Positions 9,223 to 16,749 of a stretch of 32,000 bases of DNA are shown one piece after another. The stretch lies in NCBI GenBank assembly GCA_042850255.1, contig AP031373.1:1-32000 (forward strand). The letters are read 5' to 3'. Position 1 is the stretch's first letter. Every line of letters starts with the position of its first letter. Origin of the DNA: Nanobdellota archaeon (lineage in GTDB: Archaea; Nanobdellota; Nanobdellia; Nanobdellales; Nanobdellaceae). The translations under genes and the position numbers were made by a program. The notes beneath the pieces were generated by a model that was not told the origin of the DNA, ran no database searches, and worked only from the letters and a program-made list of their open reading frames with translations.

Positions 9223-10222
9223 AGATTATATAATTGCTTTATTGCCACCGATTATTTCTTTTTTAATAACATATTTTCTAGTAAAAAAATGGATACCAAT
9301 AGCACATAAATATGAATATGTAGGAAAAGATATGAACAAATATGAAAAACCAAAAGTTGCAGAAATAGGTGGTTTATATTCTATAATTGGAATAATATTT
9401 GGTATTTTAATATATATAGGATTAAAAGTATATATTTTTCATACTACAGAAGATCTTGTGCAAGTATTTGCTATATTAACTACACTATCCTTAGTTACAA
9501 TATTAGGATTATTTGATGATATACTTGGATGGAAAGAAGGATTAAAGCCTTGGGAGAAACCTTTACTAACATTAATATTAGCATTACCATTAATGATAAT
9601 ATCTGCAGGAGTCCCATATTTAAATTTTCCATTTATAGGCACAATTTACTTTGGGATCTTATATCCATTAATAATTGTTCCAATAATTATAATGGGTACT
9701 TCAAATGGTTTTAATATGCTAGCAGGATATAATGGATTGGAAGCTTCAATGGGAATATTATTAATTGGTGCTTCAGGATTAGAATTATATCTATTAGGCC
9801 AATATTATTTAGCAGAAATAGCATTAATTTCTATATTTTCTATTTTTGCATTTTTAATATTTAATTGGTATCCTGCAAAAGTTTTTCCGGGAAATTCATT
9901 TACATATGGAATAGGAACTTTATTTGGTACATTAGTAATATTGGGAAATATTGAACAATTTGGACTGATAATATTTTTATTATATATACTGGAATTATTA
10001 TTATTTGTAAGAGGATTATTAAATCATGTGTACAAAGAGAATTTTGGAATACCAAATGAGAAAAATGAATTAAAAGAACCTTATAATAAAATATATAGTG
10101 TAACTCACTTATCTATAAAATTAAACAGAAAGTTATTTAAAAAGGCGACAGAAAAGAGTGTTGTTTTAACTATATTGTTCTTCCAAATAATATTAACAAT
10201 AATAGCATTTATGTATGGTTAA
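9215..10222 (+). CDS. UDP-GlcNAc:dolichyl-phosphate GlcNAc-1-phosphate transferase-like (glycosyltransferase family 4, AglH/MraY-WecA type)
   Basis: It is a polytopic membrane protein with LGLFDDILGWK and TSNGFNMLAGYNGLEAS motifs (DD...; N.xN.laG.NGLe of GT4 phosphotransferases). I chose the ATG at 9215 (MYEDYIIALLPP...), which overlaps the aglB stop by 8 nt. The ORF-track start at 9167 lies inside aglB. Confidence 0.78.
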   Translation: MYEDYIIALLPPIISFLITYFLVKKWIPIAHKYEYVGKDMNKYEKPKVAEIGGLYSIIGIIFGILIYIGLKVYIFHTTEDLVQVFAILTTLSLVTILGLFDDILGWKEGLKPWEKPLLTLILALPLMIISAGVPYLNFPFIGTIYFGILYPLIIVPIIIMGTSNGFNMLAGYNGLEASMGILLIGASGLELYLLGQYYLAEIALISIFSIFAFLIFNWYPAKVFPGNSFTYGIGTLFGTLVILGNIEQFGLIIFLLYILELLLFVRGLLNHVYKENFGIPNEKNELKEPYNKIYSVTHLSIKLNRKLFKKATEKSVVLTILFFQIILTIIAFMYG

Positions 10223-11993
10223 AGTTATTTTAATATACTTTAATAAAAATGAAGAAAAATTATTATATAATTTATCTATATTAAATAGTTTTTGTAAAAA
10301 AAATAATTATGAATTAATATGTATAACTAAAAAAAGTTTAAGAGAATATGCTATAAAATTAAAAAACAAGTTTAATAATGTAAAATTTTACTTAATAAAT
10401 AATAAAAAAGATATTAGAAAATTAAAATTTAACGATACAACAATATTAATATATAATAATACAAATATTAACTTAAAAGAAGTAAAAAAAGGAATAGAAG
10501 ATTTAGAAGATAATAAAATAATAGTATTTAAAAATAAAATATATAAAATTAATATAATAAATCCGTATATAGTAATAGGAAGAAACATAGATATATATGA
10601 AGATTTTATTTTAACATATTTATCAAATAATAGAAAATATATAGAAAGTAAATATAATATAAACATTAATTTTTATATATTATTTACCAATTTATTAATA
10701 TTTATAAAAAAATCTATTGATTTATTTAATAAATTATTAAATATAAAATATATTAGGGATTATATAAATGAGAAAATAGGTTTAATATCTTATAAAGTAA
10801 TTACTTTTTTCTTAGTAATTATATTAGCAAGAATATTAACTCCAGAATTTTATGGAAGTTATGTTACTATATACAATTTTATTTTAATTTTATCTACCTT
10901 GATAGGTTCTTCAAATATTATATTGCAAAAAGTTTTATCAGAAAATATAAATAATATAGAAAATCAAAAAAAATATTTAAAATTAGATATTTATACAAAA
11001 ATACTTTTTTCATTAATAGCTATAATTATTATATCTTCAATTATTCCTTTCTTATTGAAAAGTATATTTTATTCTTATAATATTTTTATAATTTATATAA
11101 CATTTTTAACATCTATTTTATTAGCATTTGATGGCCTAGGATTTTCAATATTTTATTCATATTTAAAAATAAAGGAAGCAAGAAATTTATATATACTAGA
11201 AGCAATTTTTAAATTTATATTTGTAGTTTCTTTATCATTAGTATTAAAATCTTCTGGATTTATTTTTGGATTGTTATTAGCTTTTTTATCTATGGATATA
11301 GTAGAATTATATTTAATATTAAGACAATATCCAGAATTATTTGGATTTATTAAAGAAAAAATAAACAAGGATATATTTAAAAATTATCTTAGTTTAATAT
11401 TAAAAATAAGTTTGCCTCCATTATTGTTTAATCTATATTCTTCCATAGATATACAAATACTAAGAATATTTACATCTTTTCAAGATGTAGGATTATTTTA
11501 TAATGCAATGATAATAGTAGGAACAATATCTACAGTATTTTCAGTTTCTGGTATAACGCTACCAAGAATATTAAGATGGGAAAAAGAAAAAATAAAAGAA
11601 AGATTAAGCAAAATAATTGGATTACAATTATTGATTAATTTAATATTATATGGTTTGTTAATATTAATTGCTCCATATTTAATATTAATATTTTTTGGAC
11701 CTTCATATTTATTATCTGCAGAATTATTAAAATATTTAGGGATAATATTAATTATTCAATCATTTAATATATTTCCATTAATATTATATAAAAAAGGATT
11801 AGAAAAATATTATACAATATATTCTATAACTTCTTCTATTTTATCAATAATCTTAGATTTAATATTAATTCCTAGATTTAAATTAGAAGGAGCAGTCGCA
11901 TCTGCAATATTGGGAAATTTATTTAATGTTTTAATAGGATATATAATTTATGAAAAAGAATTTGATAATATCTATTCCAGATCTCTTTCTTGA
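10215..11993 (+). CDS. Wzx/RfbX-type (MOP superfamily) oligosaccharide flippase with an unrecognised N-terminal cytoplasmic extension of about 185 aa
   Basis: From about aa 185 it reads KVITFFLVIILARILTPEFYGSYV..., followed by about 12 TM segments, typical of polysaccharide biosynthesis/flippase proteins. The N-terminal 185 aa are soluble, Lys/Asn-rich and unassigned. It overlaps the upstream gene by 8 nt. Confidence 0.65.
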   Translation: MVKVILIYFNKNEEKLLYNLSILNSFCKKNNYELICITKKSLREYAIKLKNKFNNVKFYLINNKKDIRKLKFNDTTILIYNNTNINLKEVKKGIEDLEDNKIIVFKNKIYKINIINPYIVIGRNIDIYEDFILTYLSNNRKYIESKYNININFYILFTNLLIFIKKSIDLFNKLLNIKYIRDYINEKIGLISYKVITFFLVIILARILTPEFYGSYVTIYNFILILSTLIGSSNIILQKVLSENINNIENQKKYLKLDIYTKILFSLIAIIIISSIIPFLLKSIFYSYNIFIIYITFLTSILLAFDGLGFSIFYSYLKIKEARNLYILEAIFKFIFVVSLSLVLKSSGFIFGLLLAFLSMDIVELYLILRQYPELFGFIKEKINKDIFKNYLSLILKISLPPLLFNLYSSIDIQILRIFTSFQDVGLFYNAMIIVGTISTVFSVSGITLPRILRWEKEKIKERLSKIIGLQLLINLILYGLLILIAPYLILIFFGPSYLLSAELLKYLGIILIIQSFNIFPLILYKKGLEKYYTIYSITSSILSIILDLILIPRFKLEGAVASAILGNLFNVLIGYIIYEKEFDNIYSRSLS

Positions 11994-12819
11994 TATAATA
12001 ACTAAAAAAATTGATATAAATAAAAATACTGGTAATATAAATCAAGATATAAAAATAAAAATTGGAGGGAATGCTGCAAATTTTTCTATTGCTTTATCTA
12101 AATTAAATATTGAAAATACATTAATTGCTGGATGTAATAAAATTTCTGAATATATAATAAAAAATTATATAAAAGAAAATAACTTGAAATTAAAATTTTT
12201 ACCAATATATAAGGATATATCTATAACAATAAGTTTAGAAGGAGAAGATAGAATAATGATAACAGATCCAAAAGGTATACAAATTGGAAAAGATGATATG
12301 AAAAAATATGAAAAAATAATTAAAAAAGCTAAATATATATTTTTTGGAAATTGGAACAATAATAAAAAATCTAATGAATTATTAAAATATATATTAGAAA
12401 TTAGTAAAGCAAAAATATATATTGATATAGGAGATCCTTCTGTAAATGTTGAAAATTTAAATGAATTAATAGAAATATTAAAAGAAAATAAAATATGGGT
12501 TTTAAGTTTAAATGATTATGAAACAAAATTTTTAGGAGATTATTTAAAAATAGATTATAAAGATGTAATAGATTTATCTGAAAAATTATATTCTTTACTA
12601 AATTTAGAGCATTTAGATATACATTCCCCAGATTTTGTATATTCTTTACCATCAAAAAAATATGTTAAAATTAGTAAAGTGAGTCCTTTAATAATAACTG
12701 GTGCTGGAGATAACTGGAATGCTGGAAATTTTTATGGATATATAAATAATTTCAATGATTATGATAGATTAATTTTCGCAAACGAATTCGCAAAGAAATA
12801 TATACTAAACAAGTTATAG
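11950..12819 (+). CDS. PfkB-family carbohydrate/nucleoside kinase (ribokinase-like)
   Basis: GGNAANFSIALSKLN (PfkB signature 1 region) and ITGAGDNWNAGNFYGY (the GAGD anion-hole/catalytic motif near the C-terminus). It overlaps the flippase gene by 44 nt. Confidence 0.72.
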   Translation: MKKNLIISIPDLFLDIITKKIDINKNTGNINQDIKIKIGGNAANFSIALSKLNIENTLIAGCNKISEYIIKNYIKENNLKLKFLPIYKDISITISLEGEDRIMITDPKGIQIGKDDMKKYEKIIKKAKYIFFGNWNNNKKSNELLKYILEISKAKIYIDIGDPSVNVENLNELIEILKENKIWVLSLNDYETKFLGDYLKIDYKDVIDLSEKLYSLLNLEHLDIHSPDFVYSLPSKKYVKISKVSPLIITGAGDNWNAGNFYGYINNFNDYDRLIFANEFAKKYILNKL

Positions 12820-12820
12820 A

Positions 12821-12894
12821 CGCCCCCGCCGGGACTTGAACCCGGGATCACGGGATCGACAGTCCCGTATGCTACCGAACTACACCACGGGGGC
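12821..12894 (-). tRNA. tRNA-Asp (anticodon GUC), contiguous, no intron, no encoded CCA
   Basis: The reverse complement is GCCCCCGTGGTGTAGTTCGGTAGCATACGGGACTGTCGATCCCGTGATCCCGGGTTCAAGTCCCGGCGGGGGCG. It has acceptor GCCCCCG/CGGGGGC, anticodon stem CGGGA/TCCCG with loop CTGTCGA, T-arm CCGGG-TTCAAGT-CCCGG and discriminator G. Its 5' end directly abuts the stop codon of the upstream CDS (12895-12897). Confidence 0.93.
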
Positions 12895-13449
12895 TTACAT
12901 ATTATTATATATATAACCTTTTAATTTTTTCTTTATCTTATTAAATATTTCTTCAGAATAATTTCTCTTATATTCTTTTAATAATTCTATAATTTCTTTA
13001 TTAAATGGAATTATTTTATCCTTTATTAAATATTGTATAAATTGAGTTAAATTCGAAGGATTATTTTTTATTTTAGATCTTTCCCAATCTATTAGATATA
13101 TTTTATCATCTTTAATAATTATATGTTTATAAGGTCTTTGCATTTCTTCCTTTTGTATTTTCAATTTATCTAATAAAAATAATATATCTAAAATTTTCTC
13201 TATATATTTTATTTTTTCATCTTTAGCTAATTCTTCAAAACTTTTTCCATTTATATATTCCATTTCTATTTCTAATTTATTATCATTATAATTTATAATT
13301 TTAGGAACAAATCCATAATCCTTTAGTATTGTTAAAAAATATTTTTCTTTTTCATAATTTTTAACTAAATTATCCTTAAACTTTTTTATTATTGTATTAT
13401 TTTCTGTTAAAAAAATTTCAGAATGCCAGCCTTCATTTATTTTCTTCAT
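12895..13449 (-). CDS. Small protein-kinase-fold protein (Bud32/RIO-like), with a divergent catalytic loop
   Basis: The ORF is 184 aa. EGWHSEIFLTENNTIIKKF resembles a glycine-loop plus VAIK-type Lys. It also has a MEYINGKSF hinge-like segment and a KIYLIDWERS DFG-like segment. No canonical HxD...N catalytic loop is visible (KEEMQRPYKHIIIKDD). Its ATG overlaps the thrS stop (ATGA). Confidence 0.35.
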   Translation of the reverse strand: MKKINEGWHSEIFLTENNTIIKKFKDNLVKNYEKEKYFLTILKDYGFVPKIINYNDNKLEIEMEYINGKSFEELAKDEKIKYIEKILDILFLLDKLKIQKEEMQRPYKHIIIKDDKIYLIDWERSKIKNNPSNLTQFIQYLIKDKIIPFNKEIIELLKEYKRNYSEEIFNKIKKKLKGYIYNNM

Positions 13450-14816
13450 TCAAATATAAAGTTAAAATCTTCAAATATTCTATATTTTTTATTATTTAAT
13501 TCTACCAATGGTCTTTCCATTTCTTCTATTAAATTATTTAGCTGATCTAAATTCAATTTTTTATCTTCAATATTTCTATTCTCCAGATTATAATATCTTA
13601 CTGAATATATATTATCCTTTACTTCTTTTTCCCCTATGTATATTATTATAGATGGTTTATATATAGATTCTAATATTCTAGTAATATTACTTAACTCTAC
13701 CTTTGTAGAATCTATTTTTACAACTCTTATTTCTTTATTTTTTAATTCTTCATATAATTTATCTCCATATTCGTTTATTTCTTTATCTTTTTCTTTATCT
13801 CCAGTATTTATTTTTATTATTGCAACTTGTATTGGGTTTAATACAAATGGTAATCTACCTTTAAATGATTCTAAATATGCACCCAAAAATCTTTCTATTG
13901 ATCCTAAATATGCTCTATGAATTATATATAAATTATCTATTCCAAAGTAATCTTTTACTAGATCTATTAATTTAAAGTTTCTTGGTAAATTAAAATCTAA
14001 CTGTATAGTACCTAACTGCCATTCTTTTTCTCCAATCTTTAATGTAAAATCATATTTAGGACCATAAAATGCAGCTTCTCCAATACCTTCATATGTGGAA
14101 AATCCATATTTACTTGCTAATTTATTCATAACATTTCTCATTATATTTTCTACATATTCCCAATCTTCTTTACTTCCAGAATATTCATTCATTTTATTTG
14201 GATCATGTAAACTTAATCTTACCTTAAATTCTGATTTCCTTAGATTAATTCCAAATACTTTATCATATAATAATATCATTTCATCCAACAATTTTTCTAT
14301 TTCCTTTTCCAATAAATCTGGAGTTATAAATATATGAGAATCATCTTGAGTAAAAGATCTTACCCTTAATAATCCATAAACACTTCCAGAAGCTTCATAT
14401 CTATGTACAGTTCCTAATTCAAAAAATCTCATTGGAAATTTAACTTTTCTATATTTTTCTAATATATTAATAAATATTAAAATATGATGAGGACAATTCA
14501 TTGGTTTTATTGCAAATTCTTCCTCTTCTATATTAAATATATACATATTCTGTTTATAATAAGATAAATGACCTGAAATTTTATATAATTCTGTATTTGT
14601 AACTAGAGGAGATCTAACTAAATAATATCCTCTTTTAACATGAAAATCTGTAATTATTTGTGTTAATATATTATATGTTAAACCTCCACCTAAAGAAAAT
14701 AATTGTAAACCTTTACCTAATAGATCTCCAAAATTTCTATTTAACTTTTCTAATCTCCTATCGTGTCTTACTAAAATATCTAATTCGTCTCCTATATCTA
14801 CATGGTCTTTTTCCAT
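13446..14816 (-). CDS. thrS: Threonyl-tRNA synthetase, catalytic core plus anticodon-binding domain only (no N-terminal editing/TGS region)
   Basis: FAIKPMNCPHHILIF, MRFFELGTVHRYEASGSVYGLLRVRSFTQDDSHIF and QLGTIQLDFNLP are class II ThrRS motifs, including the Zn-binding C/H residues. The protein is only 456 aa and starts about 17 aa before the HDRRL(E)K(L) segment that opens the catalytic domain. Confidence 0.9.
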   Translation of the reverse strand: MEKDHVDIGDELDILVRHDRRLEKLNRNFGDLLGKGLQLFSLGGGLTYNILTQIITDFHVKRGYYLVRSPLVTNTELYKISGHLSYYKQNMYIFNIEEEEFAIKPMNCPHHILIFINILEKYRKVKFPMRFFELGTVHRYEASGSVYGLLRVRSFTQDDSHIFITPDLLEKEIEKLLDEMILLYDKVFGINLRKSEFKVRLSLHDPNKMNEYSGSKEDWEYVENIMRNVMNKLASKYGFSTYEGIGEAAFYGPKYDFTLKIGEKEWQLGTIQLDFNLPRNFKLIDLVKDYFGIDNLYIIHRAYLGSIERFLGAYLESFKGRLPFVLNPIQVAIIKINTGDKEKDKEINEYGDKLYEELKNKEIRVVKIDSTKVELSNITRILESIYKPSIIIYIGEKEVKDNIYSVRYYNLENRNIEDKKLNLDQLNNLIEEMERPLVELNNKKYRIFEDFNFIFE

Positions 14817-14838
14817 TAAATATAAAAATAAAATATCT

Positions 14839-15309
14839 TTATAAATATATTTTATTTACTTCATAATAAACAATATCTCTTTCTATATCAATTATTCCTA
14901 ATAAAATGGTATTAATATTTTTTTCTTCCATAATTTTTAATATTTCAATGAAATCTAGAAATTCATTTTCAAATATCGGATATATATAATATTTAATTTT
15001 TTCTTTTTTCTCATCTTCATATAAAATTATTAAATTTTTATCTATTCCAACATAATATCCTTTATTTCTTAAGTCTTCAAATATATAATATTTTTTCATA
15101 TCTATTTTTTCTTTATATTTTCTAATAAAATCTATAAAATTATTTATATTTTCTAATTTTATCCAACCTTTTTTTAATCCATATAAAATTTCTTCAGGTT
15201 CTAATAATATATAATTATCTTCTAATTTACCTAATCTACCAATTTTATCATAATATTCTTTATTTACATAGAATTTATTATTTATTTCTCTAACTATAAC
15301 TTTTTCCAT
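14839..15309 (-). CDS. tRNA splicing endonuclease, structural (beta-type) subunit
   Basis: The ORF is 156 aa. YILLEPEEILYGLKKGWIKLE and YYIFEDLRNKGYYVG match the EndA N-domain and linker. The following GxKFGxDFxVY / His / Lys catalytic segment is absent. It overlaps the upstream catalytic subunit gene by 16 nt. Confidence 0.6.
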   Translation of the reverse strand: MEKVIVREINNKFYVNKEYYDKIGRLGKLEDNYILLEPEEILYGLKKGWIKLENINNFIDFIRKYKEKIDMKKYYIFEDLRNKGYYVGIDKNLIILYEDEKKEKIKYYIYPIFENEFLDFIEILKIMEEKNINTILLGIIDIERDIVYYEVNKIYL

Positions 15310-15713
15310 TTTATTTCCAAGAATATATTATCCTTTATACAATATAATATATTTTTTCTAGTACTATGAGCAACTCTATTTTTTGCTAAGAAATCATACA
15401 CATCTATTTTTTCTCCATAATTTATTGGTATTGCAATCCATTTAGAGTGTTCTCCTTTTTTTTCATATATTCTAAATACTCCTCCAAATTTTAACCCTGT
15501 TCCAACAATATATCCCTTTTTCCTAAAATATTTATAAAAATAATAGTATAATTTTATCCTTTCATTATTTAAAAAATAACTTATATCTAATTTTTCTCCT
15601 TTATCATTATAAACTTCTATTTCTCCTTTTTCTAATAAATATAAAGCATCATAAAAATAAATTATTTTATCTTGATCTAAAAATATCCCATCTTTATATA
15701 ATATTCTTCTCAT
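15294..15713 (-). CDS. endA: tRNA splicing endonuclease, catalytic (alpha-type) subunit
   Basis: FRKKGYIVGTGLKFGGVFRIYEKKGEHSKWIAIPI and RVAHSTRKNILYC carry the Tyr/His/Lys catalytic-triad context of EndA. I set the start at MRRILYKDG (ATG 15711-15713). The ORF-track N-terminus (MVERRTCNPQVRGSSPRGG) is a read-through of the tRNA-Thr gene. Confidence 0.75.
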   Translation of the reverse strand: MRRILYKDGIFLDQDKIIYFYDALYLLEKGEIEVYNDKGEKLDISYFLNNERIKLYYYFYKYFRKKGYIVGTGLKFGGVFRIYEKKGEHSKWIAIPINYGEKIDVYDFLAKNRVAHSTRKNILYCIKDNIFLEIKWKKL

Positions 15714-15742
15714 AAATTGATAATATAAGACTTTTTTATAAA

Positions 15743-15815
15743 TGCCGCCGCGGGGACTTGAACCCCGGACCTGCGGATTACAAGTCCGCCGCTCTACCAA
15801 CTGAGCTACGGCGGC
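15743..15815 (-). tRNA. tRNA-Thr (anticodon UGU), contiguous, no intron, no encoded CCA
   Basis: The reverse complement is GCCGCCGTAGCTCAGTTGGTAGAGCGGCGGACTTGTAATCCGCAGGTCCGGGGTTCAAGTCCCCGCGGCGGCA. It has acceptor GCCGCCG/CGGCGGC, anticodon stem GCGGA/TCCGC with loop CTTGTAA, and T-arm CGGGG-TTCAAGT-CCCCG. Confidence 0.93.
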
Positions 15816-15850
15816 ATAAAATAAAATTTCAAAAAATAAAATTTAAAACT

Positions 15851-16702
15851 TTAGCTTCCTCCTAGAGAAACAACTGATTGAGCTAAAACAGTTGGTATAG
15901 CCCCTCCATATTGCGCAGTATAACCATTTACTGGAGTTATTTGTAAGTTATAATTTTCATTTGTAACCAATGGTTTTGGTAAATATAGCATTATTTCATA
16001 TTCTTCTCCTGTAGTTAAATATACACTTTCTTGATTTACTGCCAATCCTATCATTGCATATGGATCACTTATTCCTACTTCATTCATATCCTGTAATATT
16101 TGGAATAATTGATTTAATGATATTGGAAATCCTATTATTGAAGAATTTAATCCTATAGTACATGAAGATATTGTACCATTTGTATATGTAAAGTTAACAT
16201 ATACATATTGAGTTGTTACATTATTCAATGTTTGACATATCTGCGTATTATCTATTGTTACATTTTGTACATTTACTTGATTATCAAACATAAATCCTGT
16301 TATAATTATATTTCCTCCTTGTAATACTCCATATATTGCTGTAGGTTCATATGATGATGGAGAATATGAAAATACATCTCCATTACTATCTGTTAATAAT
16401 ATATCCACATCTTCAAGATTTATTGGACCAGACCCTGGCATTAGAGATACTACTGGGGAGAATACTGTTATTTCCTGTAAATAATTATTTAAACTTTGTG
16501 TAGATGGATCATATTGATATCCAAATACTTGTGTTATTTGCATTCCTGTTGTAATTCTTTGTTGTGCTTGTGCACCAGTTTGTAATGCTTTAGATTGCAA
16601 AGCACTAGTTGTATATATTATTACTCCAGCTGCTACTGCTGCTGTTACTATTATTGCTATCAGTATTATTAATGTTGATAAACCAAACTGAGCCCTTACC
16701 AT
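15851..16702 (-). CDS. flaB: Archaellin (archaeal flagellin FlaB/ArlB family)
   Basis: The N-terminus is MVRAQ-FGLSTLIILIAIIVTAAVAAGVIIYTTSALQSKALQTGAQAQQRITTGMQITQVFG. This is the archaellin class III signal peptide plus the conserved AAVAAGV.I.T...LQ.KA..TG core. I prefer the ATG at 16700-16702 because the track start at 16717 is a GTG. A TTTATAA-like element lies about 30 nt upstream. Confidence 0.85.
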   Translation of the reverse strand: MVRAQFGLSTLIILIAIIVTAAVAAGVIIYTTSALQSKALQTGAQAQQRITTGMQITQVFGYQYDPSTQSLNNYLQEITVFSPVVSLMPGSGPINLEDVDILLTDSNGDVFSYSPSSYEPTAIYGVLQGGNIIITGFMFDNQVNVQNVTIDNTQICQTLNNVTTQYVYVNFTYTNGTISSCTIGLNSSIIGFPISLNQLFQILQDMNEVGISDPYAMIGLAVNQESVYLTTGEEYEIMLYLPKPLVTNENYNLQITPVNGYTAQYGGAIPTVLAQSVVSLGGS

Positions 16703-16749
16703 ACTATAATTTAGCACGTTCGGTAATTATAAATTTTACCAGCTGGTAG

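Noticed and set aside
15714-15800. N-terminal 29 aa (MVERRTCNPQVRGSSPRGG...) of the track ORF 15294-15800
   Set aside because: This stretch is a read-through of the tRNA-Thr gene from a TTG codon. The endonuclease most plausibly starts at the ATG at 15711-15713.
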